Of a stretch of 64,000 nt of DNA, positions 60,001-64,000 are shown one piece after another. The stretch's first letter is position 1. Every line of letters begins with the position of its first letter. The notes below the pieces were generated by a model. The model searched no databases and was not told the DNA's origin. It was given only the letters and a program-made list of their open reading frames with translations. Source of the stretch: Candidatus Hydrogenedentota bacterium. GTDB taxonomy: Bacteria > Hydrogenedentota > Hydrogenedentia > Hydrogenedentales > JAEUWI01. The position numbers and the translations under genes were made by a program. The stretch covers positions 1 through 64,000 of the forward strand of contig JAXMOL010000006.1 in assembly GCA_034669905.1 (NCBI GenBank). The letters run 5' to 3'.

Positions 60001-60314
60001 GCGGCAATGTCCAGGTTGGCACCAATCTCAAAGGTACAGACAATACTGAGCTGCCCATTGTTGGTGGTGGTGGACTGGTAATAAAGCAGGTGCTCAATAC
60101 CACTCAGTTCCTGCTCGATCGGGGTGGCGATCGACTCAGACACGGTCTCGGCATCGGCACCGGGATAGTTGGTTTGAATGACGACCGTGGGCGGAGCAAT
60201 CTCGGGCGATTGCTCGACCGCCAGGAAGAGTATGGCTACGGCACCGCACAGCGTAATCACGATAGAGATTACGGCGGCGAATACCGGTCGGTCAATGAAA
60301 AATCGGGCTAGCAT
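57051..60314 (-). CDS. HAE1-family multidrug RND efflux permease
   Basis: FFIDRPVFA, GIVVDDAILVVENV, ALTLSPALC, KNAIL, RLRPILMTS. Confidence 0.97.
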   Translation of the reverse strand: MLARFFIDRPVFAAVISIVITLCGAVAILFLAVEQSPEIAPPTVVIQTNYPGADAETVSESIATPIEQELSGIEHLLYYQSTTTNNGQLSIVCTFEIGANLDIAAVEVQNRLKRAEPRLPQEVTRQGISVSKRSNNILGVVALSATDDTLDDLYLSNYATIYMLDALKRVPGVGDVTVFGGKDYSMRVWLNPNQLAAKDLTISDVANAIREQNALFAAGRIGAAPNDGEVAFTIPVITEGRLSEPEDYEEIILRAEPDGSILRLGDVARVELASLSYDSFGRYNGQPTVPILVYLQPGANALSTFEAVKAELLVLKQGFPEGLTYEIPFDTTRFINASIEEVIKTLLEAALLVVLVVFVFLGSWRATLIPLLAVPVSIIGTFLGMMAFGFSINTLTLFGLVLAIGIVVDDAILVVENVERVMHEGKLSRREATIKATEQIFGAVVASVLVLLAVFLPVAFLGGLTGVMYRQFAITIAVSVAISGVVALTLSPALCRIMLRANHEKWAPFRAFDWFFNKGNQAYVSVVGIAIKLRYLTLLVFAGVIFAAYSLFGMVPGGFVPQEDQGYFIVAVQLPQGSALNRTGEVVKEIESFLKEQDEVEHMVALVGIDFLSGFVPSTNGAVMFVNLKNWRDRPGEEHHVNNIVGRMFGRFGGNKDALILALNPPAIRGLGVREGFELQLESRGISDIRKLAEVSQEFMAAMGSDPQLENLNSVLNIGQPQVYVDVDRTRAKAMGLPMTEIFDSLQAYLGALYVNDFTKFGRIYRVQVQAEPEFRQSPDDIRRVYARNSMGDMVELSGVLDLEFKSGPNVVTRFNSYPSVQITGTPAAGFSTGDSIERIKELAAEHLPAGYGFEWSGASYQEVEAGNQAPYVLAFGLVLVFLVLAAQYEKWSLPLAVILAVPFGLFGAIGAVYVLGMPKDIYFQIGLLTLIGLSAKNAILLVEFAASEHEGGKTVVEAAMEAARLRLRPILMTSLAFTLGVLPLAISTGAGAEGRRSIGTGILGGMVAATFLAIIFVPLFFVIIQQLSEFRFRRKPALAEGTPSGHDPTKALPKTTAEPKSADTSASKADSQPKAASEKPATENDA

Positions 60315-60323
60315 GGGCGATTC

Positions 60324-61550
60324 CTACTGCGTCTTCGCGTCGGAGGCTGCGGCTTCCAGCGGCGATGGAACGACGGTGATACCGGGCTGCACTTTGATCA
60401 GCCCGTCCACGACTACCTTTTCGCCGGCCTCCAGGCCCGACTCGATAATCCAGTCGGCACCACTCCAGTCCCCGGGTTCGACGATGCGAAGCGCGACGGA
60501 GTTGTCGTCTTTGATGACATAGACGAAGGCGCCCTGGGGGGACTCACTGACGGCCTTCTGGGGGACCGAAATCGCATCGGGTCGCACATAGCCGCGCATG
60601 TGGGCCCGCACAAACTGGCCGGGTTTGAGCTGGCGGTTAATGTTGTCAAAGGTGGCCCGCATTTCGACGGAGCCGGTGTTGATGTCTACGGCCGTGTCTT
60701 CAAAATCAATCTTGCCCTGGGGCGGATATTCCGTACCGTCGAGCAAGGTGATTTCGAGGTAGGGGTTGTTCGTCCCATCCAGGACGTAGCCCCCCTCCGC
60801 AGCCAGCTTACGCCAGTTCAGATAGTCCCGTTCTGTCATCTGGTAGCTGACATAGATGGGGTCAACCTGCTGCATGGTGGTGAGCAGACCATTGGAACCT
60901 TCATCCACCAGGCTGCCGATCTCCTTCTGGGTCTTACCCACATAACCGGTCAGCGGTGCTTCCACGAGCGTATAGCCCACTTCCAATTCGGCCTTGGCCA
61001 ACTCCGCTCGGGCCAGGTTCAGCGCCGCCGTGGCATTGGTCCGCTCGGCAAGCTGCTTGTCCAGATCACTCTGGGCAATGGCACCCGGCACCTTGACCGA
61101 CTCCATGCGGTTCACTTCCTTCTCGGCGAGCGAGAGCGCCGCCTGCGCCTGGGCCACCCGGGCCTTGGCAATTTCCCGATCGGCTTCGAAGGGGCGGGGG
61201 TCAATCAGATAGAGGCGGGTACCCTGTTCGACCAGGGTGCCTTCCTTGAAGTCACGGGATTCCAGGAAGCCGCGGACCCGGGCCCGCACTTCGACGATTT
61301 TGGACGCTTCGGTCACACCGACGAAATCGAAGGAAACGGGCATGCTCTTGGGCGTCACGGTGACATAGGTTACTTCCGGCGGTGGGGGCGCAGGGGGTTG
61401 GGCTGCCAGCCGGTCCGCCGAGAGGAGGGCCAGACAACTCATCAGCAAGGGGGTCAATCGCTTCAACTTCATCTTATCGACCTTTCGAAAAGTGGGGGTT
61501 GTATAGGAAAACCGAGGTAGACACACCCCGGGTGTATTGGTTTTGTTCAT
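60324..61550 (-). CDS. RND efflux membrane fusion protein
   Basis: VEVRARVRG, IDPRPF, APLTG, VDPIYV, LKPGQFVR, GLEAGEKVVVDG. Start may be the downstream Met (MKLKR). Confidence 0.93.
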   Translation of the reverse strand: MNKTNTPGVCLPRFSYTTPTFRKVDKMKLKRLTPLLMSCLALLSADRLAAQPPAPPPPEVTYVTVTPKSMPVSFDFVGVTEASKIVEVRARVRGFLESRDFKEGTLVEQGTRLYLIDPRPFEADREIAKARVAQAQAALSLAEKEVNRMESVKVPGAIAQSDLDKQLAERTNATAALNLARAELAKAELEVGYTLVEAPLTGYVGKTQKEIGSLVDEGSNGLLTTMQQVDPIYVSYQMTERDYLNWRKLAAEGGYVLDGTNNPYLEITLLDGTEYPPQGKIDFEDTAVDINTGSVEMRATFDNINRQLKPGQFVRAHMRGYVRPDAISVPQKAVSESPQGAFVYVIKDDNSVALRIVEPGDWSGADWIIESGLEAGEKVVVDGLIKVQPGITVVPSPLEAAASDAKTQ

Positions 61551-61642
61551 ACTGATAGAACTTCTATGCGTACTGTGGAACTTCGGGTCTGCCCCGACCG
61601 GAAATGCGTTGTGTCAGGCTGCGCTTAACTGCGTTCGTTGTA

Positions 61643-62200
61643 TTACGAGACCGGTGCCTCGGCGAGGCGCGCTGCCATACGGAGCATCGTCTGTACCAGC
61701 GCGTCGCGTTGTTCTTTCGTGAAGGGGGAGACATTCAAGGTCTCCATCAACATCAGGCCGTCGGCCGCGAGTAGCAGCACGGCGGATTCATTCTGATCGA
61801 TGTTCAAGGCTTCCAAATCGGCGAATCGGCTCTCATGAAACGAGCGAATAGGCTCCTTCAAATGAGGACAGTTGGCGAGCGCGGAAATCAGACCGGCACA
61901 CAACTGGAGATCCCGTTCCTCGTCAAGCAGGGATGTCTCTACATCCGCTCTCAGAATGGCGGCCGCATCGGCATCTTCGCCCCGGCGCTCATTCCGCCGC
62001 TCTGTGGCATGGGTCATCAGCCGGGCTACCATGGCCTGGAGGAGGGCACGTTTGGTCGGAAAGTGATATAAGAGTCCGCCCTTGCTGACCTGTGCTTGCT
62101 CCGCTACTGAATCCAAGGTAAGGCGCCACGCTCCCTGCTCCGTCAATACGACCTCTGCCGCATCAAGCATCGCTTCTTTTCCGCTGGGACGTACCATCAC
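61643..62200 (-). CDS. TetR-family transcriptional regulator
   Basis: LTLDSVAEQAQVSKGGLLYHFPTK. Heads the RND operon. Confidence 0.93.
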   Translation of the reverse strand: MMVRPSGKEAMLDAAEVVLTEQGAWRLTLDSVAEQAQVSKGGLLYHFPTKRALLQAMVARLMTHATERRNERRGEDADAAAILRADVETSLLDEERDLQLCAGLISALANCPHLKEPIRSFHESRFADLEALNIDQNESAVLLLAADGLMLMETLNVSPFTKEQRDALVQTMLRMAARLAEAPVS

Positions 62201-62218
62201 TCACCTCCAAATCCTGTA

Positions 62219-62269
62219 GTTACTAAACCGTCTGGTCGGTATAGTAACACCATAAAGACGACACGTCAA
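62219..62269 (-). promoter_or_regulatory. Sigma70 promoter overlapping a TetR operator palindrome
   Basis: - strand TTGACG-N17-TACTAT. Imperfect 30-bp palindrome GTTACTAAACCGTCTGGTCGGTATAGTAAC (62219-62248) covers the -10. Confidence 0.75.
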
Positions 62270-62335
62270 GTAATTGGAGCAACTATTTTTTGAAGGGTTC
62301 CATTGCGGGGTTGTCGGGGTAAGCGGGCTAGGCGG

Positions 62336-63208
62336 TCAGGAGCGGGCGGCCCGCTCCTGCAACATGGCCACAAAGGCCTGCTGGGCCTTGGATTGATAAA
62401 CACCCCGACGGGATATAGCGCCCAGGGTCACTTCGGGCAGCCCCGTCATGGGTATGGACTGGAGGGCATCGTCGGGCCGCACCACCATCTCCGGCAGGAG
62501 CGAAATGCCCACGCCCTCGGCCACGAATCGTTTAATGACCTCAAAACTGCCACTGTCCACCACGATCTGGGGTGAAAACTCGTATTCCGCGAAGTAGCGG
62601 CGCAGCATGGTGCCCGTGCGGGTAGCCTCCTCGAGCAAGACAAAGGGCTCTTGTCCCAAGGATTCGAGAGAAACGGCGCGTTTCGAGGCCAGGGGATGGC
62701 TCCGGGGCACGACGAGCACGAAGCGCTGGCGAAAGAGCGGGGCTTCCACCAGCTCGTCGTGGTGGGTGGGCAGGGTCACGATGCCCAGGTCCAGGGTGCC
62801 GTCCAGCACCTGTTCCACAATGGCCCCGGAATTTCGGTTGACCAGCACGACACGGGTTTCCGGCATGCGCTCGGCATATTCCCGTACCAAAGGGGGGAGC
62901 ACATAAAGGGCCGTCGTATCACTTGTACCTACCCGCAGTTCCCGGCTGGCTACGGCATCAAAGTCCGCCACTTCATGGGAGAGGCTTTCCACCTGCTGCA
63001 AGATCGTGGTGCCCTGGGCGTAGATCAATTCCCCCATGGGCGTGGGACGGCAGGTCTTTCGTTCGATGAGCGAATGGCCCACTTCGCGCTCCAGGGACTT
63101 GAGCTGCTGACTCACCGCCGGCTGGGAGCGATGGAGCCGCTCCGCCGCCGCGCGGAAGCTGTGGGTTTCGATAATGGCGCAAAGGCAGCGCAGGGATTCA
63201 AGGGTCAT
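62336..63208 (-). CDS. LysR-family transcriptional regulator
   Basis: SFRAAAERLHRSQPAVSQQLKSLEREVG, LDLGIV, FVAEGVGISLLP. Confidence 0.95.
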   Translation of the reverse strand: MTLESLRCLCAIIETHSFRAAAERLHRSQPAVSQQLKSLEREVGHSLIERKTCRPTPMGELIYAQGTTILQQVESLSHEVADFDAVASRELRVGTSDTTALYVLPPLVREYAERMPETRVVLVNRNSGAIVEQVLDGTLDLGIVTLPTHHDELVEAPLFRQRFVLVVPRSHPLASKRAVSLESLGQEPFVLLEEATRTGTMLRRYFAEYEFSPQIVVDSGSFEVIKRFVAEGVGISLLPEMVVRPDDALQSIPMTGLPEVTLGAISRRGVYQSKAQQAFVAMLQERAARS

Positions 63209-63271
63209 GGTGTTGCTCCCAGGGTGATTTCGTTGCTTATATAAATCCCTGGTCGTTCCTGTTGCGTGAAT

Positions 63272-63560
63272 CTACCACGGAATGCACGGAATAGCACGGA
63301 AGGAGAACTAAGGGGTAACCCCTTGTTTCGCGTGTATTGACACGGCCCGCGGGATGTTGTCGGACTGGCTTCCTCAGTTCGGCCGAATCGGTGTCTGGAT
63401 TGTTTTTATTTCCGTGTAATTCCGTGTCTTCCGTGGTCAACTCACTTAAACGGCACTACCACGGAAAACACAGAACCGCACGGGAGGAAAAGGTTCGAAT
63501 CTCGTCCCGCAGGCCTTCCGTTTCTTCATTCGTGTCTATTCGTGTACATTCGTGGTTAAA
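63272..63560. repeat. Cluster of inverted ~10-nt periodic CACG(G/A)A repeats
   Basis: TACCACGGAATGCACGGAATAGCACGGA; TCCGTGTAATTCCGTGTCTTCCGTGGT; TACCACGGAAAACACAGAACCGCACGG; TTCGTGTCTATTCGTGTACATTCGTGGTT. Confidence 0.75.
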
Positions 63561-63775
63561 AACGGGTCAGCATGCAGACTTGGTTGATAAGAAAGTCTTA
63601 TCGCTTTCATTATATCATTTCATTGGACTTATTCAAGGGGTCCGTCGTATGCTTCCCTTGTGCGCTTTGGGTGACTTCTACGCCACGACCTTCGCGCGCG
63701 CCCAGTTTTCTCTCTCCACGGTGCCGCGGGATTGCCCCCGTCGGCCCTGTATACCATGACCAAAGGAAATCCACC

Positions 63776-64000
63776 ATGACCGAAGAAAAGTCGGGGTTGA
63801 GTTACCGTGACGCGGGCGTCGATATCGATGCCGCAAACACGGCCATGAAGACGGTAAAGACCCTTGTGAAACGTACCTTTACCGGCGGCGTACTCCAGGA
63901 TATTGGTGCCTTTGGGGCCATGTTCAGCCTCGACACCAAGGGCATGACGGAGCCGGTGCTCGTATCCAGCGTAGACGGGGTGGGCACGAAGCTGAAGCTC
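63776..64000 (+). CDS. purM: Phosphoribosylformylglycinamidine cyclo-ligase (5' part, runs off window)
   Basis: Own translation MTEEKSGLSYRDAGVDIDAAN...IGAFGAMF...PVLVSSVDGVGTKLKL. AAGGA RBS. Confidence 0.95.
   Translation, partial: MTEEKSGLSYRDAGVDIDAANTAMKTVKTLVKRTFTGGVLQDIGAFGAMFSLDTKGMTEPVLVSSVDGVGTKLKL

Noticed and set aside
63481..63512. GGTTCGAATC as a tRNA fragment/attR for the tRNA-Arg
   Set aside because: Flanks do not match the tRNA 3' end (CCTCCTGGCGCGCCA) and no cloverleaf forms.
63272..63560. CRISPR array
   Set aside because: Repeats are short, degenerate and inverted, without regular unique spacers; no cas genes.

Overview
GC-rich bacterial chromosomal window. The LRR/EF-hand surface protein, GH42-like protein and Planctomycete-style MoxR/vWA operon suggest Candidatus Hydrogenedentes or a PVC-like lineage (inference). 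Contents in order: GH42-like and DUF4139-like secreted proteins; a MacAB/TolC-type exporter with ECF sigma/anti-sigma/Spy-like genes; a PAS-Cys motif-ACBP-like fusion; an FHA-GAF kinase; ppdK; tRNA-Arg(UCU); an accessory region; an ADP-ribosylglycohydrolase; an LRR surface protein; a MoxR-DUF58-vWA operon; an RND efflux operon with TetR; LysR; and the start of purM. The standout is a ~10.5 kb locus (21.4-32.0 kb) with four small double-glycine-leader peptides, a C39-peptidase ABC exporter with two cNMP-binding domains, HlyD, a SurA/PpiC-like chaperone, a pentein (Arg-modifying superfamily) enzyme, a Cys-rich YkgJ/FliB-like protein, and a sensor-less sigma54 activator with two sigma54 promoters. 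Two predicted cores are built from signature motifs of polymerising nanomachine subunits: Hcp-like LKIGDIKGES repeats plus tail-tube-like VTLKRG, and the pilin/DUF1559 motif ALLLPAVQSAREAAR. A third core has Arg at every fourth residue and sits beside the pentein. All family assignments come from motif recognition by eye; no searches were run.
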